The notes beneath the pieces are model-generated. The model was not told the DNA's origin, did not search any database, and saw nothing but the letters and a program-made list of their open reading frames with translations. DNA of 64,000 bases, taken from contig CAZVVY010000004.1 of assembly GCA_964630975.1 (NCBI GenBank), positions 37,912 through 101,911 on the forward strand, written 5' to 3'. This document shows, one piece after another, positions 47,943 through 57,955 of the stretch (position 1 is its first letter; the number at the start of each line of letters is the position of its first letter). The DNA is from Candidatus Micrarchaeota archaeon. GTDB taxonomy: Archaea > Micrarchaeota > Micrarchaeia > Norongarragalinales > Norongarragalinaceae. The position numbers and the translations under genes were made by a program.

Positions 47943-49034
47943 CTTTTTTTCGTCCGCGTCCAACCCGAAGTATTCGGGTGCGCCCTCGAAACCCGCGAAA
48001 GCCCAAAAACATTTCCTCGCGCGCGCACCCGAACAACGAATTTTTTCGCCGACTTTTGCCGACAACGACTTTAACACGGCGCGCTTTTTCTTTGAAGCCG
48101 AAAGCTTTTTGAGTATTGAAGGAAAAGCGTAGCGCGGCATCTTACGGTACTTCCTTTTTTTTGCGAGGGCGACCCCGCCGAGCCCGACCGAACGCACGTA
48201 CTTCAACAACTTCCAATTCTGACGCCGCCGAATCCTTCCCCGGTAAACGTCGGCGCGCGACAACGCGTCGAACGCTTTCGCGACTTCGGCCGCGTCCTCA
48301 TACTCGCGGTGAATGTTTTCCTCCACCCACAACAAGAAGTAATCCAGGTTTTCGTCCACGGCGTCCGCGCTCTCCACGGCTTCACCGAACGACTCGGTCT
48401 TAAACAATTTTATGACTCCTGAAAACACGTTCTTGTTTTGCAGCCGGCCGCCCCCGGCCCCCGAAGACAAGTCGTTATAGGCAGCGCGAACATCCCCGCC
48501 GCACGCCCTCGCGATTCCTTCAACGTCCGCATCGATTCCTTCGGCTTCCGCTATATCCACCAGGCGCTTGCGGATGCTCATCCAGTTAACGAACTTGAAC
48601 GAAACCTTTTTGGTTGCGGGCTTCAAAGCGGCCAGCCCCCGCGTCCACGACTTGCGGCTTACGAATATAACGGGTTGGCCGGCGTCCGCGACCGCGTCCG
48701 CCATCTTCTTGAGTTTGGAAGGAGTGAATTCTTCGTCGACCGCGTCCACGAGAACCAGCGTTTTGCCGCCGAATAAATTGGTGGTAGACTGCACGATTCC
48801 ATTGAAGTCCTCGAAGTTGTCGCGCGTTACTTCGGCCAGAGCCCACGAAAACTCGTTTGCAACCGCTTTCGCGGCCGCGGTCTTCCCGACCCCGCTCGAC
48901 CCCACGAACAACAAGGGCTTCGGTTTTTTTCCTCGCTCCCACTCCAAGGCCCATTTCCGCACTTCTTCCACCGCCGAAGAATTGCCTATTATTTCCGCCA
49001 GCGTTTTCGGTGCGTACTTCGAAGCCAAGTCCAT
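47922..49034 (-). CDS. rfcL: Replication factor C large subunit (short form, 370 aa)
   Basis: The track ORF (to 49451) is a 5' over-extension antisense to ychF. ATG at 49034 gives MDLASKYAPKTLAEIIGNSSAVEEVRKWALEW...LLFVGSSGVGKTAAAKAVANEF (Walker A), LVLVDAVDE (Walker B-like). Confidence 0.8.
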   Translation of the reverse strand: MDLASKYAPKTLAEIIGNSSAVEEVRKWALEWERGKKPKPLLFVGSSGVGKTAAAKAVANEFSWALAEVTRDNFEDFNGIVQSTTNLFGGKTLVLVDAVDEEFTPSKLKKMADAVADAGQPVIFVSRKSWTRGLAALKPATKKVSFKFVNWMSIRKRLVDIAEAEGIDADVEGIARACGGDVRAAYNDLSSGAGGGRLQNKNVFSGVIKLFKTESFGEAVESADAVDENLDYFLLWVEENIHREYEDAAEVAKAFDALSRADVYRGRIRRRQNWKLLKYVRSVGLGGVALAKKRKYRKMPRYAFPSILKKLSASKKKRAVLKSLSAKVGEKIRCSGARARKCFWAFAGFEGAPEYFGLDADEKKLLAEFG

Positions 49035-49070
49035 AACCGCTATTAACGCGCTCAAGCAATAAATGTTGTT

Positions 49071-50243
49071 ATGCTCATCGGTTTGGTCGGCAAGCCCAGC
49101 GCCGGAAAAAGCACGCTCTTCAACGCCTTGACGCACGGCGCCGCCGAAGTCGCCAACTACCCTTTCACAACCATAAACCCGAACGAGGGAGTAGCCTTCG
49201 TAAAAGCGGATTGTGCGTGTAAGGTTCTCGGCGTGAAGTGCGAGCCGCGCGCCGGCGCTTGCGTTAACGGCAGGCGCGGCGTGCCCGTCAACGTTGCCGA
49301 CGTTGCGGGCCTGGTGGAAGGCGCGCACGAGGGTCGGGGCCGAGGAAACCAGTTTTTGAACGACTTGAACGCCGCGGACGCCCTGATATGCGTTGCCGAC
49401 GCTTCCGGTGCCACCGACTCCGAAGGCAACCCCCGCCCGCCCGGTTCCCACAACGCGGCGGAAGACGTTTCAACGGTTTTAAACGAGTTGGATTACTGGT
49501 TTGCCGGCGCACTCGAAAAAAATTGTTCCGCGGCGCGCGGCAAAACATTTCAAGAATTCGCGCAAGGCCTGACCGGCCTCCGCATAACCAAGCAAATGCT
49601 CGACGAAGCCCTCGATGAATTAGATTATTGGCCGAAGCCATTGGAGTGGTCGGCCGAACAACGCCTTGAAATAGCGCGAAAACTCAGGCAAAAAGCCAAG
49701 CCATTCGTTATAGCCGCAAACAAATGCGATTCCCGCCACGCACCGCAAAACCTGGAGCGCCTGCGGGAAGCCTACCCTGAAAAACGCGTCGTGCCGTGTT
49801 CCGCCGACTCGGAATTGGCCCTTCAGCGTGCCAAGGAAAAAGGGCTCGTCGAATACTCGGGTGAAGGCGGCTTCAAGGTTGCGGGAGAAGCACCCGAAAA
49901 ACTGGGGGTCGCCCTCGAAAAAATCCGTGAACGCGTTATAACGCCGTACGGCTCGACCGGAACCGCGGAACTGTTGGGCGCCGCCGTATTCGGCTTGTTC
50001 AACAAGATAACCGTTTTCCCGGTTGAAGACGAAACGCATTACTCGGACAACTTCGGCCGAGTGCTCCCCGACGCCGTGCTTCTCGATGAAGGAGCCACGG
50101 CGCTCAACCTCGCAGCAAAAGTACACACCGACCTAGCCAAAGGATTCCTTTACGGCGTGGACTGCAAGACGCGAATGAGGCTCGGCAAGGAACACGCCCT
50201 CAAAAACGGGGATGTGGTGCGCGTAGTGGCGGTGAAAAAATGA
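49071..50243 (+). CDS. ychF: Obg-like ATPase/GTPase of the YchF/Ygr210 family with C-terminal TGS domain
   Basis: 390 aa. G1 GLVGKPSAGKST, NYPFTTINPNEG, G3 DVAGLVEGA, G4-like ANKCD. C-terminal KNGDVVRVV (TGS). Confidence 0.85.
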   Translation: MLIGLVGKPSAGKSTLFNALTHGAAEVANYPFTTINPNEGVAFVKADCACKVLGVKCEPRAGACVNGRRGVPVNVADVAGLVEGAHEGRGRGNQFLNDLNAADALICVADASGATDSEGNPRPPGSHNAAEDVSTVLNELDYWFAGALEKNCSAARGKTFQEFAQGLTGLRITKQMLDEALDELDYWPKPLEWSAEQRLEIARKLRQKAKPFVIAANKCDSRHAPQNLERLREAYPEKRVVPCSADSELALQRAKEKGLVEYSGEGGFKVAGEAPEKLGVALEKIRERVITPYGSTGTAELLGAAVFGLFNKITVFPVEDETHYSDNFGRVLPDAVLLDEGATALNLAAKVHTDLAKGFLYGVDCKTRMRLGKEHALKNGDVVRVVAVKK

Positions 50244-51058
50244 TTTTCGGGACCGCCGGAATCCCCCGGCAATGCAAGGGAGACTCCGTTAAAGGCGTGC
50301 AATGCGTTCACGAACTCGGTCTCGGCGCGATGGAACTGGAATTCGTCCACTCCGTCAACCTGAAGCCCGAAAAAGCGCGCCTCGTAGGTGAAGCCGCCAA
50401 AAAAAGCGGCGTAAAACTGTCGTGCCACGCCCCTTATTACGTGAACTTGTTGTCCGCCGAAAAAAAGAAGAGGGAAGCCAGCAAGCAAAGAATCCTGAAG
50501 GCCTGCGAGTCCCTGCAAGCCGCGGGCGGCGGGTGCTGCGTTTTCCACCCCGCTTTTTACGGAGGCCGCGACTCGAGGCAAGCGCTCGAAGAATGCTCCG
50601 AAGAGCTCGCCGACTTGTCGTCGCGAGCAAAAAAGTTCGGCAACGTCCTGCTTGCCCCCGAAACAACGGGAAAAAAGTCGCAGTTCGGCTCTCTCGACGA
50701 GTTGTTGGAAGGCGTGGGTGGAAACACGTGGTTTTGCGTCGACTTCGCGCACTTGCACGCGCGCGAAAACGGGGCGTTGAAAGAAAAAAAGGATTTTGAC
50801 GCGGTACTGCAAAAAATAGCGGGCGCCCTCGGCAAAAAAGCGTTGAAAAAATTACACTGCCATTTTTCGGGAATAGAGTTTACCGAGAAAGGCGAGCGCC
50901 GCCACTTACCTGTTTCATCCGAGAGCCCTGATTTTTCCCTGCTCGCCGAGTCCTTGAACGAATTCGGCGCGGGAGGCACCGTTATTTGTGAATCGCCTCT
51001 CGTCGAAAAAGACGCCTTGAAACTCAAAAAAGAGTGGGAAAAAGTCCGAAGCCTTTAA
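50240..51058 (+). CDS. nfo: AP endonuclease family 2 / endonuclease IV-like TIM-barrel protein
   Basis: 272 aa. SCHAPYYVNL, VFHPAFYGG, LAPETTGKKSQFGSLDEL, CVDFAHLHA, HCHFSGIEF (metal-ligand His/Glu/Asp blocks). Confidence 0.7.
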   Translation: MIFGTAGIPRQCKGDSVKGVQCVHELGLGAMELEFVHSVNLKPEKARLVGEAAKKSGVKLSCHAPYYVNLLSAEKKKREASKQRILKACESLQAAGGGCCVFHPAFYGGRDSRQALEECSEELADLSSRAKKFGNVLLAPETTGKKSQFGSLDELLEGVGGNTWFCVDFAHLHARENGALKEKKDFDAVLQKIAGALGKKALKKLHCHFSGIEFTEKGERRHLPVSSESPDFSLLAESLNEFGAGGTVICESPLVEKDALKLKKEWEKVRSL

Positions 51059-51110
51059 AAATAACGCGCGCACTCTTGTTACTATTCTATTAACAAGGTG
51101 GTTATCGGTT

Positions 51111-52118
51111 ATGTCGGGACACAAAAATGAAGATTGGAAGAAATTTCTGCCTCATTTCGCTTTCATAGCCCTCATTTTCCTCGGCGTCGGCGCACTCGCG
51201 GGCTCCGCAATGGTCGGTCCCTTGCCTTCTGCCACGGCGACCCCGACGCCTTCAAATCCGTCTCCTTCGGCGGCCAACGTAGAAGAGTTGAAGGGCAGCG
51301 TTCAAGACTACATTAACGCGGTTCTTCTCGCCGGAACGGGAGCCGAAGGAGTGGTAACCGAGACGGTCGAGGGCGACAGCGCCTACGAGTTCACTCTCGA
51401 CATAGTGCAGGGCGGTTCAGTAGTTGACAGCGTAACCGTTTACGCTTCATTCGACGGGTCAACTCTTTACACTGCCGCATTCGACTTGACCCAGCCCCTG
51501 CCTTCGCCGCAGCCAACTCAAGAGCCGGTAGAACTCGAGAAGTCCGAGACGCCTTCCGTTGAATTGTTCGTGATGAGTTACTGCCTTTACGGCACTCAAT
51601 TACAGAAGGCGATGCTGCCCGTTTGGGAGTTGTTGAGTGAAGATGCGGATTTCCAACTCAAATTCGTGGATTACACGATGCACGGCGCAAAAGAAGCCGA
51701 AGAAAACACGCGCCAGTACTGCGTTGGCGAGGAGTTCGGCGAGGAAACCCAAATCGAGTACTTGTACTGCTTCCTTGAAGACGGTAATCACCCGCGTTGC
51801 GTCGAAGAGTTGTCTCTTGACGCAGACGCCCTCGACGAATGCATTAACGCGACCCACGCCGAGTTCGGCGTCGACCCCGAACAAACCCCTTACCCGATTT
51901 TCTCCGAGGAAAACAATCTTTACGGGGTTACCGGCTCGCCCACGTTCGTTTTGAACGGAGTGGTTTTGCCTGTCGGCCGCAGCCCTGAAGCAGTCAAGCA
52001 AGCCGTTTGCGAAGCGTTCATCGAGCCGCCCGAAGCGTGCAGCGAGGAATTATCGGAAACCCCGGCGTCCACGATGTTCGGCTTTGAAGGCGGCTCCGAT
52101 TCGGTAGGACAATGTTGA
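51111..52118 (+). CDS. Membrane-anchored extracytoplasmic thioredoxin/DsbA-like protein with Pro/Thr/Ser linkers
   Basis: 335 aa. N-terminal TM helix FAFIALIFLGVGALAGSAMV, PT-rich linkers, then ELFVMSYCLYGTQ (single-Cys CxxG variant at the usual CPYC position) and a GSPTFVLNG (cis-Pro region). Confidence 0.5.
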   Translation: MSGHKNEDWKKFLPHFAFIALIFLGVGALAGSAMVGPLPSATATPTPSNPSPSAANVEELKGSVQDYINAVLLAGTGAEGVVTETVEGDSAYEFTLDIVQGGSVVDSVTVYASFDGSTLYTAAFDLTQPLPSPQPTQEPVELEKSETPSVELFVMSYCLYGTQLQKAMLPVWELLSEDADFQLKFVDYTMHGAKEAEENTRQYCVGEEFGEETQIEYLYCFLEDGNHPRCVEELSLDADALDECINATHAEFGVDPEQTPYPIFSEENNLYGVTGSPTFVLNGVVLPVGRSPEAVKQAVCEAFIEPPEACSEELSETPASTMFGFEGGSDSVGQC

Positions 52119-53395
52119 AAACGCCGTTCTCCTCGGTTCACGCTTTTTGCGCCTTCAACTCCAACGTTGACTACGTAACGCGCTTGACCGGAGAACGGCT
52201 CTCGCTTTTAGGGCCCGAAGCCGACCCAATAAGCAGGCCGCCCGGAGAAGTTTCATCCTTGGCGGAAATAAGGCAATGCGTTGAATGGAGCACGCGAACC
52301 GGCGAAGCAGTTTACGTTGGCGTAAAGCCGGCGGCGTTCAAGGAATTGGAGGGGGCGTTGGGCGAACCCGACGAAAAATTGTTGGGCGGCCAAGCCGGCA
52401 TAATGGCGAACAACCTCGTTGAATTGGGTGCCGCCGTAACCGCTTACCCCGTATTATTGTCGGAAGAACAGGCGGCACTGTTCGACGAACGCGTTTACGG
52501 CCTTCGAAAATGGGGTAAGCGACTCGTCAAACGCTCGATTCAAAGCGTTGCAAAAGGCAATAAGACGAAAATAAATTGGATTCTCGAGTTTTCCGAAGGG
52601 TTCAACGGCGCTCCACGCGCCAACCGCGTAATCCTTTCCAGCCACTTGCACGAGGAAATGCTGTTTCCGCGCAAGTGGCCCCTCAAGGAGTTGGAGAGGT
52701 TCGGTGAAACGATTGACGTTGCCTTCGTTGCGGGTTTGCAGTCGTTGAAGACTAGTTACGGCCCGCACTCTTTCAGCAACTCGCTTCAAACCCTTTGCCG
52801 CCAGCTCGCGGCCCTGCGAAAAAACAATGATTCCTTACTCCTTCACTTGGAGTACGTGCCCTTCAAGAACAAGTCGCTGGAATTACTCGCCCTCAAAAAG
52901 GTTTTCAGGCACGCGAACAGCTTGGGCATAAACGAAATAGAGGTTCAATTATTGTGCTCGCGGCTCGGCTTCCCGGAACTCGACGCTTCAAAGCCACAAG
53001 ACGTGGTCCGGTCGGCGTTACGCGTGTTCGAGGCGTTCGAGTTGACGCGCTTGCACGTGCACTCCCTGGGCTACCACGTCTTCGTTTTGGAGGCGGGCGT
53101 TCACGACCCCGAAAAAAGCTTTGAAGCCGCGCAATTCGCTTCCCGAGTCGCCTCGAAAAAAGCGGGCGGCAAGCCCAAGAACCCTCCGAAAAAGAGTTTC
53201 GACTTGGTTGAGGAAGCGGCCTCGGTTCTAACGCCTTCGCAGGCCAAACAAGTATTGTCTCAAGGTTTCGCCCGCGTGAACGGCCACTGGCTCGTAATCG
53301 TTCCGACCGCCTTCGTTAAAAAGCCGAAGCGCACGGTCGGCCTAGGCGACGTGGTTTCGTCGACTACCCTGGCGTTCGAGCGCGCCACCCCTTAA
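52112..53395 (+). CDS. ADP-dependent sugar kinase (ADP-glucokinase/phosphofructokinase family)
   Basis: 427 aa. FNSNVD, LGGQAGIMAN, LHLEYVPF, NEIE, and C-terminal TVGLGDVVSS (catalytic GxGD). Confidence 0.75.
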   Translation: MLKTPFSSVHAFCAFNSNVDYVTRLTGERLSLLGPEADPISRPPGEVSSLAEIRQCVEWSTRTGEAVYVGVKPAAFKELEGALGEPDEKLLGGQAGIMANNLVELGAAVTAYPVLLSEEQAALFDERVYGLRKWGKRLVKRSIQSVAKGNKTKINWILEFSEGFNGAPRANRVILSSHLHEEMLFPRKWPLKELERFGETIDVAFVAGLQSLKTSYGPHSFSNSLQTLCRQLAALRKNNDSLLLHLEYVPFKNKSLELLALKKVFRHANSLGINEIEVQLLCSRLGFPELDASKPQDVVRSALRVFEAFELTRLHVHSLGYHVFVLEAGVHDPEKSFEAAQFASRVASKKAGGKPKNPPKKSFDLVEEAASVLTPSQAKQVLSQGFARVNGHWLVIVPTAFVKKPKRTVGLGDVVSSTTLAFERATP

Positions 53396-53412
53396 ATATT
53401 TTCTCGTACGTA

Positions 53413-54813
53413 ATGCTTGCAATGCTTAAGTTGTATAACACGCTGTCGCGTGAAAAACAGGTTTTCGAGCCACTCGGCGAAAAAGTGTTGATGTACGGGT
53501 GCGGTCCCACGGTCTATAATTACGCGCATATCGGCAACTGGCGCTCCTTCGTCTTCTACGACTTGTTGCGCCGCTACCTCGAATACAAGGGTTGGCCCGT
53601 GAAACTCGTTTCCAACCTTACAGACGTGGACGACAAGACTATTCGCGGCTCCCGCGAACAAGGCGTTCCATTGAAGGAGTTCACGCGAAAATTCGAGAAA
53701 ACATTCATTGAGGACTCCGAAAAGCTGGGTATCCTGCCGCCAGCCGAAAGGCCGCGCGCAACAGAGCACGTCAACGACATGGTTCGACTCATAGTGAAGT
53801 TGAAGTCCAAGGGCCTCGCCTACCAAGCCGAAGACGGCTCGACTTATTTCGACGTAAGCGGGTTTCCGGGCTACGGCAAGCTATCCCACCTCGACTTGAA
53901 TGCGTTAAAGGAAGGGGCCAGCGGGAGAGTGGATTCGGACGAGTACGCCAAGGAGGAAGCGCGCGACTTCGTGTTGTGGAAGGCGTGGGCGCCTGAAGAC
54001 GGCGACGTTTACTGGGAAACCGTTCTCGGCAAAGGCCGTCCGGGTTGGCATGTGGAGTGCTCCGCGATGAGCCAGAAATACTTGGGCGAAACCATAGACT
54101 TACACACGGGCGGCGTGGACTTGATTTTTCCGCACCACGAAAACGAGGTGGCGCAAAGCGAGGGCGCAACCGGCAAGCAATTCGTGCGTTACTGGGTTCA
54201 CTGCGAGCACTTGATAGTGGACGGCAAGAAAATGAGCAAGTCCCTCGGCAACTTTTATACCTTGCACGACCTCGAACAAAAAGGATTCAAGCCCGTGGCC
54301 CTCCGCTACTTATACCTTTCAACCCATTACCGAAGCCAGTTGAACTTCACTTTGGAGTCGCTGGGGCAAGCCCAGCGCACCGTTGAAAAATTAAACGGCT
54401 TCGTTTCCCGAGTGCGCTCCGCGGCAAGCGGGGAAAACGGTGCGGTAACCAAAAAATTGTCCGAGTGCCTTGCCGGGTTCGTTGAAGCAATGGACGACGA
54501 TTTGGACTCCTCGAACGCCTTGCCTCACTTGTTTGAAGCAGTGCGCTTCGTCAACTCGGAAATCGAGTCGGGCAGGCCCGTGCCTGCCGCAGACGTGCTC
54601 GACTTCCTTATGCGTATCAACTCGGTTCTCGGCGTAATCAACTTCCAACAAGAACAAGTGCCTGAAGACGTGTTGCACTTGGTTGAAGAACGCGAGGAAG
54701 CCCGCAAGCAAAAGGATTTCGCGCGCTCCGACGAGTTGCGCGAATTGATACGGCAAAAAGGCTTCTTGGTCGAGGACTCATCTAACGGCCCAAAGGTGAA
54801 ACTCCTGCAATGA
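53413..54813 (+). CDS. cysS: Cysteine--tRNA ligase
   Basis: 466 aa. CGPTVYNYAHIGN (HIGH region), WHVECSAM, IFPHHENE, KMSKSLGN. Confidence 0.97.
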   Translation: MLAMLKLYNTLSREKQVFEPLGEKVLMYGCGPTVYNYAHIGNWRSFVFYDLLRRYLEYKGWPVKLVSNLTDVDDKTIRGSREQGVPLKEFTRKFEKTFIEDSEKLGILPPAERPRATEHVNDMVRLIVKLKSKGLAYQAEDGSTYFDVSGFPGYGKLSHLDLNALKEGASGRVDSDEYAKEEARDFVLWKAWAPEDGDVYWETVLGKGRPGWHVECSAMSQKYLGETIDLHTGGVDLIFPHHENEVAQSEGATGKQFVRYWVHCEHLIVDGKKMSKSLGNFYTLHDLEQKGFKPVALRYLYLSTHYRSQLNFTLESLGQAQRTVEKLNGFVSRVRSAASGENGAVTKKLSECLAGFVEAMDDDLDSSNALPHLFEAVRFVNSEIESGRPVPAADVLDFLMRINSVLGVINFQQEQVPEDVLHLVEEREEARKQKDFARSDELRELIRQKGFLVEDSSNGPKVKLLQ

Positions 54814-55343
54814 TTTACGGCTTGGTAGGCTACCCCGCCGCCGGAAAGGGCACGGCCGCTCAAATGATTTCGAGGCGCAACGGCGCGCCCATCCATTGTT
54901 TCAGCGACATTTTGAGGGTTGAACTCGCCAAACAGGGCAAGCAAGCCACGCGGGAAAACCTTCAACAACTCGCGGTTTCGCTTCGAAAAGAGAAAGGCAA
55001 CGGTTTTATCGCTGAAAAACTCGTTGAAAAAATCGGGCGTTCTGCCGCCGTCGTGGACGGTTTCCGCTCGCCCGCCGAAGTGAGCGCCTTTCGCAACGCG
55101 TTCGGCGGCTCCTTCAAATTGGTTTTCGTTGACGCACCCGTCAAAACTCGTTTTGACCGCGCCGTGAAGCGCGGCCGCGCCGGCGGCCCCGGCTCGTTCG
55201 AGGAATTCAAGGAGGCCGAGGAACGCGAGGCAACCGGGAAAAGTTTCGGCATAAATGAATGCATTTCAATGGCTGACGAGCACGTCGACAATTCGGGTTC
55301 CCTAGAAGAACTTGAAGCGGCGTTATTCGCGCTAGTCAATTGA
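54810..55343 (+). CDS. P-loop nucleotide/nucleoside kinase-like protein
   Basis: 177 aa. Walker A GYPAAGKGT, VVDGFRSPAEV, lid-like R-rich segment. ATGA overlap with cysS. Confidence 0.6.
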   Translation: MIYGLVGYPAAGKGTAAQMISRRNGAPIHCFSDILRVELAKQGKQATRENLQQLAVSLRKEKGNGFIAEKLVEKIGRSAAVVDGFRSPAEVSAFRNAFGGSFKLVFVDAPVKTRFDRAVKRGRAGGPGSFEEFKEAEEREATGKSFGINECISMADEHVDNSGSLEELEAALFALVN

Positions 55344-56166
55344 CTTCCAGCAACTGCTTGCACGACAACCCTTTGTCGGCCCGCCGAGCCAAGAAAACAA
55401 TTGTTTTTCCCTTTATGTAGCGTCGCTTCAAGTCAAGGATTGTTTCAACCGGCAGGTCGCAGTCCGCGTCCAAAAGGCGCGCCGCGTCCGCGCCGAAAAA
55501 AGCGGTGCGTTCGCCGTCCACCGCGCCGATCAACGCGAGGACCCCGCTTCGCGCCTTTTTTGCCTCGTACAAGGCAGTTATTTTTCCCCCGCAAACGCCT
55601 TCCCTCGTTATTTCCGATGGGTTCGGCGCGGAGCCCGCGCAAGGGTAAACAAGGCAGTCCCAGCCGGCGTTTCCTTCGCCTTCGCTCCACCTCACGCCTT
55701 CGAAACAAATGCGTTCCCCTAATTCGAGGCGCCCGGCCAGCTCCGCATTCGAATCCCACAACGTGATTCGCGCCTTTTCCTTTCCCGCCACCTCCAAGTG
55801 CGGGCCGTCAATCGACACCGCGAAGGCGGCAAACGATTCGGGTTCACCTTTGAGTAAAGGGAGCGTCTCGGCTTCCTTTAACACGCTTACTTGCAGTTTT
55901 TTGGTTGAGTGAAGTTCGCCGTTCTTCTCATAAAAATTTTTTAGGCCGACCACGGCGCCTGCGCGCAAGGATTTGCCCGCGAACCGCGTTTCCTTGTTCC
56001 ACAAAACCAACGTTTTTTTGTCGAGTTGCACGCGTTGCAATACCCCTCTCGAAAACTTTTTGGGCGCAAAAACCTTCTTCACTTCGAATTTTTCGCCGAA
56101 AGCCAGTTTTTCGGCCTGCTCCTCGCTTATGAGGCCCGCATACCTCTTCCGCGTCTCCTTAATCAT
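55336..56166 (-). CDS. Hypothetical beta-rich protein (possibly OB-fold repeats)
   Basis: 276 aa. No motif recognised. ATGA overlap with the upstream epimerase gene. Confidence 0.5.
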   Translation of the reverse strand: MIKETRKRYAGLISEEQAEKLAFGEKFEVKKVFAPKKFSRGVLQRVQLDKKTLVLWNKETRFAGKSLRAGAVVGLKNFYEKNGELHSTKKLQVSVLKEAETLPLLKGEPESFAAFAVSIDGPHLEVAGKEKARITLWDSNAELAGRLELGERICFEGVRWSEGEGNAGWDCLVYPCAGSAPNPSEITREGVCGGKITALYEAKKARSGVLALIGAVDGERTAFFGADAARLLDADCDLPVETILDLKRRYIKGKTIVFLARRADKGLSCKQLLEVN

Positions 56167-57062
56167 TTTTTTTCACATTCGCGGATTACTTTCGGCAGCT
56201 CGCGAGCCAGCTTTTTGCGCGGCTTGAAACCCAAGGCGCGCGCCCGCGAACAATCGAATACGCGGTCCTGAGCCAGCGTGTTCACTTCTTCGGCCAGCAA
56301 CAACGGCTTTTTGTGGAATGCTTTTGCGTAAAAGGTTGAAGCGCGAGCCAAGGCGTAAGCCAGCCATTTCGGCACTTGGTTGTGCGGCGTTTTCACGCCC
56401 AATTCCCTGCAAGCCAGGGAATACAATTCTTTTTGCGAGTATTGTTCGCCCGAGTCAACTATGAATTCTCCTTTTTCCTTTAATGCCAGTAGTAGCGCGG
56501 AAACCAAGTCGTCCACGTGAATGAACGCGATTCGGTTCTTTCCGTTGCCTATTAACGGAAGTTTTCCCTTGTGCAAGAGTTTGAACACCTTACAGAAACC
56601 GGTTTTGAAGCCCGGGCCGTAAACCATTGGCGCGCGCACAATGCAGTGCGTCAACCCGCTGTTTTTCACTAATTGTTCTGCGGCCAGCTTGCTTCTCCCG
56701 TACGCGTTCACGGGAGTCGGCTCTTGTTCCTCGTTGATTGGCAGTGAAGGCGGCGCGTGATACAAGGAAGTGGAAGACATGAACACGAATCTTGCTTTTG
56801 CCTTCTTGGCGGCCGCCAATGCCTTGCGCGTCAACTCCACGTTCGCCTCGAACAACTCTTCTTCGGGCGCCAAATAATCGATTGAAGCCGCCAAATGGAT
56901 TACCGCGCGGCAACCCGAAGCATTCAACTCTCCCGTCGTTTCCACTCCGACTTCTTTTTCGGGTTTCCTCGTGAACACGCGCACCTCAAAACCCTTTTTT
57001 TGCAGGGCTCGAACCAGTTGCCGGCCGATCCTGCCGGTTCCGCCCGTAACCAGTATCCTCAT
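56163..57062 (-). CDS. NAD(P)-dependent epimerase/dehydratase (extended SDR)
   Basis: 299 aa. MRILVTGGTGRIGRQLV (Rossmann TGxxGxxG), YGRSK (YxxxK). Confidence 0.85.
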   Translation of the reverse strand: MRILVTGGTGRIGRQLVRALQKKGFEVRVFTRKPEKEVGVETTGELNASGCRAVIHLAASIDYLAPEEELFEANVELTRKALAAAKKAKARFVFMSSTSLYHAPPSLPINEEQEPTPVNAYGRSKLAAEQLVKNSGLTHCIVRAPMVYGPGFKTGFCKVFKLLHKGKLPLIGNGKNRIAFIHVDDLVSALLLALKEKGEFIVDSGEQYSQKELYSLACRELGVKTPHNQVPKWLAYALARASTFYAKAFHKKPLLLAEEVNTLAQDRVFDCSRARALGFKPRKKLARELPKVIRECEKK

Positions 57063-57106
57063 TGTTTTAAACCACGAAGAACGAATACTAATGGCTTTGC
57101 TTAGAG

Positions 57107-57889
57107 GTGTTGTTTTTGTTCAAGAAAGGCGTTGAAAAGTATTACCGCGAAAAACTCGGCGAACAAGGGGCTCTGTTGTTCTCCTTGGTCGACCCCGACA
57201 AGCTATCCGGAGAAAAAGGCGCGAAAGTAGCGCGCGACTCCTACGAAAACGGGGCGGACGCCATACTGGTCGGCGGAAGTATAGGCGCGCAGGGAACCGT
57301 TCTCGACGAAACGGTTAAGGGAATAAAAGAAGCCGTTAACTCGGACATACCCGTCGTCCTCTATCCCGGCAGCCCCGGCGGCGTAACCAAGTACGCGGAC
57401 GCAGTGTATTTCATGCAAATGCTTAACTCGCGAGACGTTTACTGGCTGAGCACCGCCCAAGTACAAGGAGCGCCCATAGTCGCCCGCGCAGGAATAGAAG
57501 CCATCCCGACCACTTACGTAATCATCGAGCCCGGCAGGGCCGTGGGATGGATAGGAAATGCCAACCTCTTGCCCCGTGAACGGGGGGATTTGGCTGCGGC
57601 GTGCGCCCTCGCGGCAAAATACCTGGGAAGCCACGTGTTCATCACGGATTCGGGCAGTGGCGCGCCGGAGCCCGCGCCGAAACAAATGATTTCCGCGATT
57701 TCCAAGGTCTGCGGAAACGAGTTGCTCTACTTTTACGGCGGCGGCGTGAAAAACGCGGAACAAGCCGCGGGATGCGTTGAGGCGGGCGCGCACGGCGTTC
57801 AAGTCGGGAACGCGTTCGAAGCCGAAGACCCCGCCAAAATCAAGAAGATGGCTGAGGCAGTCAAAAAAGCGGGTAAACAACGGGTTTGA
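57107..57889 (+). CDS. Geranylgeranylglyceryl phosphate synthase (PcrB/GGGPS family)
   Basis: 260 aa. DAILVGGS, PVVLYPGSPG, ITDSGSG, FYGGGVKNAEQA...VQVGNAFE. Confidence 0.85.
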   Translation: MLFLFKKGVEKYYREKLGEQGALLFSLVDPDKLSGEKGAKVARDSYENGADAILVGGSIGAQGTVLDETVKGIKEAVNSDIPVVLYPGSPGGVTKYADAVYFMQMLNSRDVYWLSTAQVQGAPIVARAGIEAIPTTYVIIEPGRAVGWIGNANLLPRERGDLAAACALAAKYLGSHVFITDSGSGAPEPAPKQMISAISKVCGNELLYFYGGGVKNAEQAAGCVEAGAHGVQVGNAFEAEDPAKIKKMAEAVKKAGKQRV

Positions 57890-57955
57890 AGCGCTCAAGA
57901 TAACGCTTTTATACTCGAAACCCTCCTTGTTTAACTACTTTAAGGTGGTATTTGA

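Noticed and set aside
49035-49451. 139-codon 5' extension of the rfcL ORF
   Set aside because: It is antisense to the G-domain of ychF. The RFC box and Walker A start right after the ATG at 49034.
50150-50812. 220-aa and 156-aa minus-strand ORFs over the endonuclease IV-like gene
   Set aside because: Shadow ORFs. The plus frame has metal-ligand blocks and ATGA coupling to ychF.
57203-57898. 231-aa minus-strand ORF opposite the GGGP synthase gene
   Set aside because: Shadow ORF. The plus frame carries the PcrB/GGGPS motifs.
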